64,000 bases of DNA from Amphiscolops sp. MND2022 (GCA_964187785.1 OZ076409.1:31746001-31810000), one strand, 5' to 3'. Counted from the first letter of the stretch, positions 11,723-24,248 are shown. Numbers and translations are program-made. Notes: a model not told the origin generated them from the sequence alone.

Positions 11723-14700
11723 ATCAGATATTCACAGCAAAGATGACAAGCAGATACGAAAGCAGAAGTTTGGATCAACTCAAAAGATCACGTTCAGCAA
11801 TCAGTGGTTTGATCACCAAAAACAAAGCTCAAATCGAGACAATTTTGACACAAGAAATTGCCGATATCGACACAGCTAAAATTAGTTCCTTGAAAGGGCT
11901 ACGGGAAAAGCTCGAAGAACGGCTAGCAGATTCAGCTCATCTGAATGCAGCTATCTTAGAGAAAACACCAGATGGAGACGCCGCAGTGGAACAAGGATAC
12001 GTAAACGCAGAAGAATTTGAAGAGAGAATTCGAACACTAATCAAGACAATAGACAATTTCCATCAGCAATTGGAAACGCCAGACACAGCACTGGTCACCG
12101 CAATCGCAGCTACTACTTCCTCGACGGGTACTGCCTCGGGAACAGGACATTTGAAGATGCCGAAATTTGACGGGAATACACGAAATGGGTTCCTTTCTAT
12201 GAACAATCAATTTATCGCCTCTGTGGATAGCAACAGCTCCATTCCGGATATACAGAAGTTCAACTACTTGAAGTCAGCACTTTCAGGCGAAGCTCTGCAG
12301 TTAGTAGCGCATATACCTCTTTATACTTCGAACTATAAGGTTGCCTTGAAATCATTGCGAGAAAGATACAATATAAAACGGCTAATTATCAATTCTCACA
12401 TTGATAAAATCGTGCAATTGAAGCCAGTAGTCAATGAATCAGCCGTTGAATTGCGAAAATTGATGGTCGTCTTTGAAGAAAATTTGATGACATTGGACGC
12501 TTTGAACGTCAAAGGTGGAGATCCATTTTTGATTCGATTTCTTTGGTGAAAATTAGACGAAGAATATCGAAAAAAATGGGAATTACACTGTCCTGGTACT
12601 AATTTGGAAACGTTAGACGAGTTCAAGGATTTCATCAACAAGCGTGTTCGCGCCTTAGAGTCATACATCTACCCCTCAACTCAGAATAAGTTCCCAAAAA
12701 ATAACGTCATTCTCAAGAGAAATTCACCGCCAAAAACGCACTTTCCGGCTTCACAAAGTTCCAAGGCCGCAATTGAAACTTGCCCACGCTGTAATGAAGC
12801 TCACAAGCTCTCCATGTGCAAAAAATTCGAGTCATTGAATGTCAAGGATAGAAAAAATGTTGCTTACAACTCCAAGCTTTGTTTCAACTGTCTATCATCT
12901 CGACACGTTACAAGAGACTGTAAGTCCAAAAGTTCATGCAAAAAATGCCAAGCCAGGCACAATACGCTTCTACACATTGAACCCCGCTCCAAAAACGCGG
13001 AGACGTCCAACTCAGTTGTTTTGGGGCATCAGGGGACATTTTTTTCGGCAGGAGTTTTGCCAACCGCAATAGTCACAATTGAAGATCAGGCCTCTAACAT
13101 TCATACTTGTCGAGCCCTACTTGACACAGGCTCTCAAATAAATCTCATTAGCGAGGAAGCAGCTCAGTGAATGGGGCTGAAACGAGAAAAACTGTCTTTG
13201 ACAGTCAATGTAGTTGGAGACATCTCAAAAACTCACAATTCAGGACTTGTTCGGTTGCATCTCAAGTCCCAAAGTTATGGAAAATCGATTTCTACACAAG
13301 CTTTCGTCCGGCCCAAGCTAACGCAGAATGTTCCCAGCAGAACGTTCCTCATAGACGGTCTTTTACATACGAAGACAGTTGAACTCACCGATCCAACTTT
13401 CAACAAGACAGGCTCAATTGATTTGATCTTGGGATCCGAAATCATAGAGGATATTTATCTCGATGGAAAATTCGAGGAACCGAATGGTCTCAAATTTCGC
13501 AACACAATTTTCGGTTGGGTTGCCTCTGGCAAGCATCCGCAAGGTTACAGTCCATCCTTCAAAACTTTCCTTTGCATGATAAACATTTGATCTGAAGAAA
13601 TTCTTGGAGTTAGAAGAACTTCCACCCGCAGAGAAGTTCACACAAGAGGAAATAGATTGTGAAAAACATTTCAAGGATACTACCAAAATAGTGAACAAAA
13701 AGTTCACAGTTCAAATGCCATTCAAAGAAAATTCCCAAAAACTTGGAGATACATACGTTCAAGCAAAAAGACGATTGCTCAGTCTAGAAAGACCACTTCA
13801 TGCTAATGACAAACTGAAGCAAGATTATACAGGTTTTGGGAATGAATTTATAACTTTGCAGCATTTACAGAAAGTTCCTGAAGAGGAATACGAGATGCAG
13901 TCAGAAAAAGTCAATTTTCTACCGCATCATTGTGTCCACAAAGAAGATTCCACAACAACCAAAGTCAATAGTTTTTCATGGTTTCGCCAAACCCACTTCA
14001 GGTGTTCCACTAAATGACACTCTCATGGTTGAACCAATGATTCAACAGGGTCTGGTTTCAATTTTGATAACATTCAGACTTCATCAAGTCGCACTTTCGG
14101 CCGACATTGCAAAATTGTACAGACAGATCGCACTCAGTAAAGAAGCACAAGACTTCCATAGAATTCTTTGGAAAGAAGATCCCTCGAAGCTAATAGAACA
14201 ATTTCGCATGACACGTGTTACATACGGGATAGCCTCGTCCGCATTCCATTCAACCAGGTCATTAGTAGAAGTTGGAAATTTGTGCAATAACAAAGAAATT
14301 GGACACTCGATAAATTTTGACTTCTATGTCGATGACTATCTTTCTGGAGCGGAAACTCTGGAAGATGCAAGACAAAAGGTACACGATATTTGCACTCAAC
14401 TCAAGCAGTATGGTGTGGACCTCCAAAAATGGGCCTCCAGTCATAGTGACATCATTGTAGAATTGCCGCAACATCTCCGAGAAAGTTCAGATGAAAAAAT
14501 TCTTGGATCAGAATTACAATTACTCTAGGAATATCTTGGAAGTCAAATCTCGACAGTTTCATATTCCACTCTAAATTTTCAGACACTTCACAAATAACCA
14601 AACGCAAGCTCTTGTCTGAAACCGCGAAACCAGTTGGTTGGTTAGGACCAGTAGTCATTCAGTAATACTTCAAAAGCTTTGGACACAAGGTGTCGGTGGG

Positions 14701-14951
14701 ATGACATATTAACAGCCGCAACATAACAGTGGATTGAAATGAAATCTAACAAGACTTGTTAGCTCTACAAGACTTCAAACTTCCGCGTTGCATAGTACCT
14801 TCTTCAAACTTGTAGATGTACAATTTCATCTTTTCACGGGTGCATCAGAATCAGCATACTCAGCAGTTGATGTGAATGAGTTCATCAGCACGAATCTAGT
14901 AGCAGGAAAAACTCGCGTTGCTCATATTAAAGCATTCTCTCTTGTGGTGCA

Positions 14952-15932
14952 CATTACAGTGCACAGGCAAGCTTTTCGCTGATTTTCGTGGAATCCGGGA
15001 CACGAAAATTGAGAAAAGTCGTGGAATCCAGGACAAAATTTCTCTTTGATGTTAAGCGTTTCTTGGATTCCACGACAGTGCTTGTCCTGGATTCCACGCC
15101 AACACTGCTGCTATAATGACACTTTTGCCGCTGCTCTCTGATTGGTACGCTGATTTTGAATAATCTTTTTATTGGTACCAATAAATTATTTATTATGACT
15201 GGTACCAAAAATGAAGCAAGTCATCAAATAATGGCAGATTGTGATGATCTGGCAGTTTGTTCAAAACTGGTACTAAACTTGAAAATACGAATATTTGTGT
15301 AATATAATATTCTTTTTGCATGATCATTATTAGAAAGGCAGAAGAGCTTGAATTAAATCAGTTTATATCAAAGCAAATTGTTTTGATTGACACGAAAAAT
15401 CCAAGAAGTATGAATAGAGATACTCGTGACTGGTACCAAAAATGAAGCAAGTCATCAAATAATGGCAGATTGTGATGATCTTGCAGTTTTTTCAAAACTG
15501 GTAATAAACTGAAAAATACAAAAATTTTGTGTGATATTGGTGTGATTGTCTGAATCATTTTGAATTAATATACGAAAAGTAGTGCATAATATCATGTTTG
15601 TTTAGTCATCCACTTGAATTCAATTCAAACAAGAAATGCCGCGTATCGCGTCCAGCATAAAGTCGTGGAATCCAGGAAATTTACGATTTCTGCAATCTGA
15701 TTGGTTCATTTCGGAAAACTTACGTTTTTGTGGAATCCGGGACACCGCTGCATGCCGACAGTTCGTACAGCTAAGCATATGTTACTGGAATCCAGGACTA
15801 AATCCGTGGAATCCGGGACAAATGACGTAATTTGCCAATTTTGCACGGTTAAAGGTATGGTCTTGGAATCCACGATATTGAACGCACTATGCTGCGCTTT
15901 CAGCAAATAAGGCTTGCCTGTGCACTGTAATG
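14952..15932. mobile_element. Non-autonomous TIR DNA transposon (CACTA/CMC-like) inserted in BEL pol
   Basis: TIR CATTACAGTGCACAGGCAAGC / GCTTGCCTGTGCACTGTAATG. Removing it restores ..CGAHLGTKL of pol. Many subterminal GTGGAATCCRGGA motifs and an internal ~110-bp direct repeat. Confidence 0.75.
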
Positions 15933-17434
15933 CACATCTTGGAACAAAACTTTTGACAAAGGTTTTAGCAGTAATGAAGATATCTGAGTTTTAAAAGATC
16001 GAATTTTTTGGTTGGATAGACGCAACAATAGTTCTTCAATGGTTAGCACAGCTGCCACGTACATGGACAACGTTTGTAGCAAACCGGGTATCTGAGATAC
16101 AGCAAACTTTGCCAAGTTCACATTGGAATCATGTTCGATCAACTTTAAATCCAGCTGATCTTTCAAGAGGTTCAAGGTTCACAGACCTCAAGGTATCCGC
16201 GCTCTGGTGGAATGGGCCAGATTGGCTTGCCATGCCATCAGACACTTCGCAAAAGACACCTCTAGTTGTAGATTCATCAATTCGACACAAGATCACAGAA
16301 GAATGAAACAGAAAGCCACGCGAAGACAATCCACCAGAAACAGTAACAACAAATCTATCTACAACAGTAACACCAATTTTTGATGAGAATGTCTACTCAA
16401 CATTGCATAAGCTATTTCGAGTGATTGCTACAGTCAAAATAGCCATTTCCAGGTTCAAGAAAGACAAAATTCTTAGTCAAATCACATCACAACTACTACA
16501 ACAGGCAAAATTGCATTTTCTCATCTCTCACCAAACCACACATTTTCACGAGGAATACAGCCTTCTACAAGCACAAATGGAATTGCTCAAAACAAGCGAA
16601 TTAATCAATCTCTGTCCATTCTTCGACACAGAAACAGACACCATTAGAGTCAGAGGACGACTTTTGCAAGGTAATTTTCTTGAAGAGAAAAAGTTTCCAT
16701 TTCTAGTCGAAGCCAATTCAAACTTCGCAAACTTGATACTACAACATTTTCATGAAGCTACCCTTCATGGTGAGGGGCAGCTCACTTTGAATACCAGTCG
16801 CGAAGAATATTGGATTCCCAAAGGAAAAAGTCTTGTCACAAATATTGCGTCAAATGTAGCTGATTCTTAAGCAATGACGATGTAAACATAGTAGCAGAGC
16901 TGAAAACAGCCAATGGAAACCTCATCCGACCTTTTATCAAACTCAAGAGGCTGCCATTTACGTATGGTGAACCACAGAGCAATAGAGGACAACTTACAGA
17001 TTGATTTTACTTCGATTTTCATTTCAAATTTCATGTTCGCAAAAATTCCCAAAAATTGACTTCCGCAATTTTTGTCCCGTGTTGCCCCGTTTGATGTTAC
17101 ACGCATAAATTATGTACTGTTACCTCACTAGGTGTCTCATTCATATAGGTTACACAGCTCAAAAAGGTTATATCACTGATGTAATTGCATTTTCAACCAA
17201 AAATTTCAGGTTTTTTGAATAACTTTTCTTGAATTTTGGTTAAGTTTATTTAACTTCTCCCAATTTCTGGACAAATTTATGGGTACAGCAGTATTCTACA
17301 GCTACATGGGTTTCTTTCTACAGTTTATGACACTATCTGTTCTACAACTTATGACTTACTTGCATGGAGACAGTCTGCACACCAGTACTATCACATGCCT
17401 TTATTCGGCTTATCAAAGTATTTACCTGCAATAG

Positions 17435-18420
17435 TCAACTTTGCTGACTTCCACCTGGCTGCTGCCTTCGACAAGCAACCGCGGTGTACTTATTAGCGAG
17501 ATTGAGTTGCTGCTGCACCCTCTCCTCGTCCGCAGACATCTCCACAGAGAACATTGGACAAATGCGGCCCTCCTCCATGTCTGTCCAGACTGAGTGCAAC
17601 CAGCCATAGGGAAGGTAGAGAGACTGTCCAGGCTCCAGAAGGCCCCCGAACACCTGCTTGGCCATCGTCCTCTTCAGACTCTGCAAATAGCGAAGGGTTT
17701 TACTTGCCGCCTCTCTACGATCCCTTCTCAGGCGATCCAGCTCTCGCGCGACATTTGTCAGGTTGCACGTCATCCACAACTTCCTTCCTCTTAGCAATGT
17801 CAGAAATGCATCACCTTCCTCGTGAAGATCATGATAAAAGGCTCTGAAACTGGACTGTTCGACCAGAATCAGCAATCCTCGCCTTTCCTCCACCACACTC
17901 GGAAGGGGCTGCCGCAGTGCAACTGACAGCTCACAGCTTCATCCAGTCAGAACCTTGACGGCAACTCCAAGGCGCTCTGCACCTCTCTCCCTCTCCTCAC
18001 CGACACTGGGAGGTCCTCGAAGCTGCTAGCAGACAGCAGCGCCTCCTATAAGCATCAAGTACAACAGATATTTGCAATTTCATTCATCTTCAGTTCGAGT
18101 ACAGTTCTGGACACCTTTTGTTTATATGGTTCATTGTTTCAATAAGGAGGAATTCTAACCGAATCCGCTTCGGGCAGCTACCCGACGCTCGAGGTCAGCA
18201 AAGCAGGTTCCTCGCGACGCTCCAGAACCTCCTCCACCCCTCGAGCAGACACCCTTGAGAGATCGGAGCCCCTCAACCACAGAAGAAACTCGTCGAAGGT
18301 CGGCAAGGCTTCCTTCTTTTCATCTCTTCTGGGCCTTTTGAAAGACTCCTGAAACTCGGGCATCTTCGGCTGCCTCCCACTTCTCTTTCTTCTCTCCTCG
18401 GATCCCATGTATTCTGCCAT
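17435..18420 (-). pseudogene. JmjC-domain (2OG-Fe(II) oxygenase) gene, copy 1; exons 18420-18160 and 18045-17435
   Basis: F(Y/H)HD..FLTLLRGRKLW..LEPGQSLYLPYGWLHSV is the JmjC signature. Phase-0 114-bp GT-AG intron at 18159-18046. Minus-strand AATAAA at 17400-17405. Lesions: TAG in exon 1, a 1-bp deletion and TGA near 17940-17955, and HHD changed to YHD. Confidence 0.85.
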
Positions 18421-18475
18421 TACGAATCTGAAATTATTTGAATCGTCCCTGACGGATCCTTCAAGGTGGGCGGGA

Positions 18476-18532
18476 TGTTGAGGCTAGACTGTTTTCTCTC
18501 TATTCAATTCATTGCTCTCCCGAAACACAACA
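18476..18532 (+). repeat. BEL/Pao 3' LTR (57 bp)
   Basis: TGTTG...CAACA directly after the PPT. Its last 30 bp match 11665-11694, which precede the PBS. Confidence 0.8.
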
Positions 18533-18941
18533 ATTTTTTTCGAGTTCTCCTTCGATTTTTCAGCACTCTGCGACTTATCAAAGACATTTGGTGAAAACTT
18601 TTCCCCAGTGGTTTTCTGTTAATTAAAATATCGTTTTCATTATTTCCGAGATAGAAAACTAAGTTATGCAACTTTTTTCAGCCGAATTGTTTCAGCGATT
18701 CGATTGCTTACTAGAAAATTCAGATAATTTGTTTGGCAGTGAGTATAAGCGTAAGGTTCAAATTTGTCAAGCTGCCGACGACAGGTCGTTTCTCGTGCGA
18801 TGAAATAGGCTAGTGTTAATTATGCTTCCGTACGCAGAGTTATTGAGATGAAGCGAACGATTGATAATTATTCGTTCGCCGAGAGCTTCGTCTGCATTCA
18901 AGTTCCAATGCGAACTTCCGTCTACGGTTAGTAGTTACATA

Positions 18942-19815
18942 TTTTTAGGATTCGGAAAAAAATTTCGACTACTTATGCAATCGTGCTGTTTTTTTTTGTT
19001 TTTTTTCTCCCGACATTTTCATGAAAATTCAAATTTCTCAAAAACTGTCTATACGATTTTCATGAAATTTTGCACAGTCTTTCTACACCCACAGGGGCCC
19101 CTGCGTGTGCAAAGGCATCAAAATCGTATGACTGGGATGTGAGAAACATAGCCAAAGATAGCCCAAAAATGGCCAAAGAACAGCCATTTTTCGACTTTTT
19201 TCGTTTTTCTCAAAAACTGTGCATACGATTCGAACGAAATTTTCTACAGTTATTCTACACCATTTTAGAGTCCTATATGTGCAATGGCATCAAAATCGTA
19301 TGGCTGGGATGTGAGAAACATAGCCAAAATTAGCCCAAAAATGGCAAAAAACAGCCATTTTTCGACTTTTTTCGCTTTTCTCAAAAACTGTCCATACGAT
19401 TCGAACGAAGTTTTCTACAGTTGTTCTACACCATATTAGAGTCCTATATGTGCAATGGCATCAAAATCGTATGGCTGGGATGTGAGAAACATAGCCAAAA
19501 TTAGCCCAAAAATGGCCAAAAAACATTTATTTTTCGATTTTTTTTTCGATTTTCTCAAACTGTCCATACGATTCGAACGAAATTTTCTACAGTCATTCTA
19601 CACCATGTTATGGTCCTTTATGTGCACTTTCATTAATTTCGTATGGCTGGGATGTGAGAAACATAGCCAAATTTAGCCCAAAACTGGCCAAAAAAACAGT
19701 CATTTTTCGATTTTTTTTTCGATTTTCTCACAAACTGTTCATACGATTCGAACGAAAGCGAGTCAGAAGGAAAAAGACTTAAGCCGACTCCTTTACCGCA
19801 TATACGGCTCTGGTT
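18942..19815 (+). mobile_element. HINE/DINE-like element family A with internal ~171-bp tandem repeats
   Basis: 5' ttttt-GGA(g/t)TCGG head. 3' CCGACTCC sub-TIR, CCGCATATRYGG hairpin and CTCTGGTTTT. About 4-5 internal tandem units. Confidence 0.75.
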
Positions 19816-20293
19816 TTTAATCCAAGAAGAATTAAAGGCGGTGTAAACTGGTGCAGTGATTAATTGTGCCCTATATAATGGTTAAACATATATGGTTCTA
19901 TTATTGAACATGAAAGCCTAAAAGTAGAACTAATACTGTGCCCCGCATCGGCCTATTTCCAAATACCGTCTTAAGGTTGACATCTGCGATCTTTTGTTAG
20001 TCCTCTGGAATTAATGAGAGTTTTCTCAATATCTGAGGAAACGACCCGTTTTTTTCGGCACGATGGTACTTTTTTTGGGAAAAAAATGATTCGGTCAAAG
20101 GGTACCACTTTATTTTTGAAGAAGTTCTTGGCTTGGAAAAATTGGTTTGCCAGCTTAAAGCTCCTTTTTTGGCAATATGAGATTTTTCCGACGAAATTTG
20201 GGATTTCTGATGTTTCCAGTTAGGAAAAACATTTTCGAGTCTTATGCGTATTCCTCAGTAGTATCTTTTGGCTCAGTAATTGTGATATAATTT

Positions 20294-21268
20294 TGACTTC
20301 CACCTGGCTGCTGCCTTCGACAAGCAACCGCGGTGTACTTATTAGCGAGATTGAGTTGCTGCTGCACCTCCTTCTCGTCCGCAGACATCTCCACAGAGTA
20401 CATTGGACAAATGCGGCCCTGCTCCACGTCTGTCCAGACTGAGTGCAACCAGCCATAGGGAAGGTAGAGAGACTGTCCAGGCTCCAGAAGGCCCCCGAAC
20501 ACCTGCTTGGCCATCGTCCTCTTTAGACTGCGAATAGCGAAGGGTTTTACTTGCCGCCTCTCTACGATCCCTTCTCAGGCGATCCAGCTCTCGCGCGACA
20601 TTTGTCAGGTTGCACGTCATCCACAACTTCCTTCCTCTTAGCAATGTCAGAAATGCATCACCTTCCTCCTGAAGATCATGATGAAAGGCTCTGAAACTGG
20701 ACTGTTCGACCAGAATCAGCAATCCTCGCCTTTCCTCCACCACACTCGGAAGGGGCTGCCGCAGCGCAACTGACCGCTCACAGCTTCCTCCAGTCAGAAC
20801 CCTTGACGGCAACTCCAAGGCGTTCTGCAACTCTCTCCCTCTCCTCACCGGCGCTGGCAGGTCCTCGAAGCTGCTAGCAGACAGCAGCGCCTCCTATAAG
20901 CATCAAGTACAACAGATATTTGCAATTTTATTCATCTTCAGTTCGAGTACAGTTCAGGACACCTTTTGTTTATATGGTTCATTGTTTCAATAAGGAGGAA
21001 TTCTAACCGAATCCGCTTCGGGCAGCTACCCGACGCTCGAGGTCAGCAAAGCAGGTTCCTCGCGACGCTCCAGAACCTCCTCCGCCCCTCGAGCAGACAC
21101 CCTTGAGAGATCAGAGCCCCTCAACCACAAAAGAAACTCGTCGAAGGTCGGCAAGGCTTCCTTCTTTTCATCTCTTCTGGGCCTTTTGAAAGACTCCTGA
21201 AACTCGGGGATCTTCGGCTGCCTCCCACTTGTCTTTCTTCTCTCCTCGGATCCCATGTATTCTGCCAT
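20294..21268 (-). pseudogene. JmjC-domain gene, copy 2; exons 21268-21008 and 20893-~20294
   Basis: Intact HHD..K..H ligand set (RAFHHD, GRKLW, GWLHSV). Same 114-bp intron and same exon-1 TAG as copy 1, a 2-bp deletion near 20525, and last codons lost at the duplication junction. Confidence 0.85.
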
Positions 21269-21323
21269 TACGAATCTGAAATTATTTGAATTGTCTCTGA
21301 CGGATCCTTCAATGTGGGCGGGA

Positions 21324-21380
21324 TGTTGAGGCTAGACTGTTTTCTCTCTTTTCAATTCATTGCTCTCCCGAAACACAACA
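21324..21380 (+). repeat. Duplicated BEL/Pao 3' LTR
   Basis: Near-identical to 18476-18532, preceded by gtgggcggga. Confidence 0.8.
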
Positions 21381-21790
21381 ATTTTTTTTCAAGTTATCCT
21401 TCGATTTTTCAGCACTGTGCGACTTATCAAAGACATTTGGTGAAAACTTTTTCCCACTGGTTTTCTGTTAATTAAAATATCGTTTTCATTATTTCCGCGA
21501 TAGAAAACTAAGTTATGCAACTTTTTCTAGCCGATTTCTTTCAGCGATTCGATTGCTTACTAGAAAATTCAGATAATTTGTTTGGCAGTGAGTATAAGCG
21601 TAAGGTTCAAATTTGTCAAGCTGCCGACGACAGGTCGTTTCTCGTGCGATGAAATAGGCTAGTGTTAATTATGCTTCCGTACGCAGAGTTATTGAGATGA
21701 AGCGAACGATTGATAATTATTCGTTCGCCGAGAGCTTCGCCTGCATTCAAGTTCCAATGCGAAATTCCGTCTACGGTTAGTAGTTACATA

Positions 21791-22651
21791 TTTTTTGGAG
21801 TCGGAAAAAATTTTCGACTACTTATGCAATCGTGCTGTTTTTTTTTGTTTTTTTCTCCCGACATTTTCATGAAAATTTCAAATTTCTCAAAAACTGTCCA
21901 TACGATTTTCACGAAATTTTGCACAGTCATTCTGCACCCGAAGGGGCCCCTGCGTGTGCAAAGGCATCAAAATCGTATGGCTGGGATGTGAGAAACATAG
22001 CTAAACTTAGCCCAAAAATGACCAAAAAACAGCCATTTTTCGACTTCTTTCGATTTTCTCAAAAACTGTCCATACGATTCGAACGACACTTTTTACAGTT
22101 ATTCTACACAATTTTAGAGTCCTATATGTGCAATGGCATCAAAATCGTATGGCTGGGATGTGAGAAACATAGCCAAAATTAGCCCAAAAATCGCCAAAAA
22201 ACAGCCATTTTTCGACTTTTTTCGCTTTTCTCAAAAACTGCCCATACGATTCGAACGAAATTTTTTAGTTATTCTACACCATATTAGAGTCCTATATGTG
22301 CAATGGCATCAAAATCGTATGGCTGGGATGTGAGAAACATAGCCAAAATTAGCCCAAAAATGGCCAAAAAACAGCCGTTTTTCGACTTTTTTCGATTTTC
22401 TCAAAAACTGTCCATACGATTCGAACGAAATTTTCTACAGTTATTCTACATTATATTAAAGTCCTATATGTGCAATGGCATCAAAATCGTATGGCTGGGA
22501 TGTGAGAAACATAGCCAAAATTAGCCCAAAAATGGCCAAAAAACATTCATTTTTCGATTTTCTCACAAACTGTTCATACGATTCGAACGAAAGCGAGTCA
22601 GAAGGAACAAGACTTAAGCCGACTCCTTTACCGCATATGTGGCTCTGGTTT
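21791..22651 (+). mobile_element. HINE family A, duplicated copy
   Basis: GGAGTCGG...CCGACTCC sub-TIRs. Repeated ORF starts at 22133, 22303 and 22475 give a 170-172 bp unit. Confidence 0.75.
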
Positions 22652-23883
22652 TTAATCCAAGAAGAATTAAAGGCGGTGTAAACTGGTGCAGTGGTTAATT
22701 GTGCCCTATATAATGGTTAAACATATATGGTTCTATTATTGAACATGAAAGCCTAAAAGTAGAAATAATACTGTGCCCCGCATGGGTTTATTTCCAAATA
22801 CCGTCTTAAGGTTGACATCTTCGATCATTTGTTGGTCCTCTGGAATTAATGAGAGTTTTCTCAATATCTGAGGAAAAGACCCGTTTATTTCGGCACGATG
22901 GTACTTTTTTTCGGAAAAAATGATTCGGTCAAAGGGTACCACTTCATTTTTGAAGAAGTTCTTGGCTTGGAAAAATTGGTTTGCCAGCTTAAAGCTCCTT
23001 TTTTGGCAATATGAGATTTTTCCGACGAAAATTGGGTTTTCTCATGTTTCCAGTTAGGAAAAACATTTTCGAGTCTTATGCGTATTCCTCAGTAGTATTT
23101 TTTGGCTCAGTAAATGTGATATAATTTTGACAATAGTGTCCTTTTGCTTATTGAAAGCTGCTTTCGAACGAATTTGTCTGCTTATGGGTTTTTTGGCGCT
23201 GTGAGACTCTGGAAGAACAATTTTTTCAATATATCATATATTCGGTTGATGTGTTCAGTTCAGAAAAAGCTATTTTTGAGTCTCGAGGCTACCCCTTCGG
23301 GTAATTTTGGCCCCCGAATATCTAGCTTTTTTCGAACCTTGAGCGGTGTGCCGACATGGGCCGTTCCCGGCTTGTTTTTCTAAAGGTATATGTATGAAAT
23401 ATCGTAGTGTCATGGCGGCTGTTAGGTCAATATCTCATAAGCAGCTGGAGGAGATCCACTTGTTTTGATATAATTTGAACTTGCATAAAACGCAAAATTT
23501 GGGCGATGTATTTGTTCGTCCCTCTTAGAGTTGCTGGAACTTCGGCTTCAATGCTTGTCCTTCTCAATAGCATGCTCAATTTTGATGTAAACTCACTAGC
23601 TCTGGTTTGGTGTTGTCAAATTTTCATTGCTATTGCCAACATTTTTGTATGCTTGCAAAGGAAGAGGAAAGACCAAAGAGTCCCCCTTTGGAGTTTGTCG
23701 GCACTGTGCGACTTTCGAAAAAAATCGTTTCAAATTTTTGATTTTAGCAATGACGACGCGTTGTTATAGTGAGAAAAACAATTATTCCGTAGTTAGTTTG
23801 AAAGTTTGAAAGTTTGATTCCGTAGTTTGAAAAAAAAACGTAATTTGAAATTCCGTAGTTAACAATTCAAACGTTTTGTTCAG

Positions 23884-24168
23884 GGTCACTCAGAGTGAAC
23901 TTCGAGAAATTGCCACAGCTGCAAAGTCCACTCGCCTTTCTTCCACAGACACTGCACCGAAGACACCCATCACCAATGGAAAAGGCCCTCTTATTTCTTC
24001 TATCAAGTTATCAGAGAGCACTGAAAAAGTAGAGAAGGCTGCATCGCTTAAGAAAACTTGTAACTCTTTGTCAATGCCTCCTGAAACGTCTGCTGTCTCA
24101 GAAGACGCTTCCTTCTCTGAATCGGAGCACAAGTACAGCGATCTCACAAAAATTATGGACAATTTCAG
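23884..24168 (+). CDS. MORC2-like host gene exon (end of chromo-like domain plus Ser/Thr-rich linker)
   Basis: ttgttcag acceptor and ag|gtcagt donor. Same frame as ORF 23876..24310. Phase 2 at both ends, compatible with both neighbouring exons. Confidence 0.75.
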
Positions 24169-24248
24169 GTCAGTATTGCATTTTACCCTTAGTATTGTGA
24201 AGTGTTCAATTAACGCTGCTTTTACTGATCAAATTTATCGCGTTGCAG

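Larger units (their letters stand above)
11632..16965 (+). pseudogene. BEL/Pao gag-pol, disrupted (integrase core deleted)
   Basis: ORF fragments at 11632, 12604, 13171, 13604, 13932, 14788, 16109 and 16403 in gag-PR-RT-RH-INT order, with stops, frameshifts and a MITE insertion. Confidence 0.9.
11665..18532 (+). mobile_element. BEL/Pao LTR retrotransposon (degenerate) carrying an antisense JmjC gene
   Basis: 5' LTR remnant 11665-11694 and PBS TGGTGCATTG at 11700. Gag (KMPKFDG..QKFNYLKSALSGEA), triple Cys/His knuckles, protease ALLDTGSQ, RT (ADIAKLYRQI, VTYG, FYVDD), WNHVRSTLNPAD..SRG and integrase Zn finger. Pol C-terminal tail ELKTANGNLIRPFIKLKRLP at ~16870-16960. PPT aaggtgggcggga, then 3' LTR. 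Confidence 0.9.
17445..23131. repeat. Tandem segmental duplication, period ~2848 bp
   Basis: 17445-20297 is repeated at 20294-23131 (JmjC ATG at 18420 vs 21268). TGAC microhomology at the junction. Confidence 0.95.
11507..23380 (+). mobile_element. Family B HINE split by the BEL/Pao insertion and later events
   Basis: 5' head tttttAGTCGGCGC at 11507. Internal motif tttcagcactctgcgactt resumes after the BEL LTR (18557). 3' end GTGCCGACATGGGCCGTTCCCGGCTTGTTT at ~23348-23378. Confidence 0.5.

Noticed and set aside
17435..18420. GC-rich JmjC ORF as bacterial contamination or an ordinary host gene
   Set aside because: It has a spliceosomal intron and AATAAA, and it lies between the BEL pol tail and the PPT/LTR. 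A host-gene origin of the cargo remains possible.
18861..22681. Short ORFs such as MASKSYGWDVRNIAK repeated several times
   Set aside because: They are translations of the 171-bp tandem unit inside non-autonomous elements.
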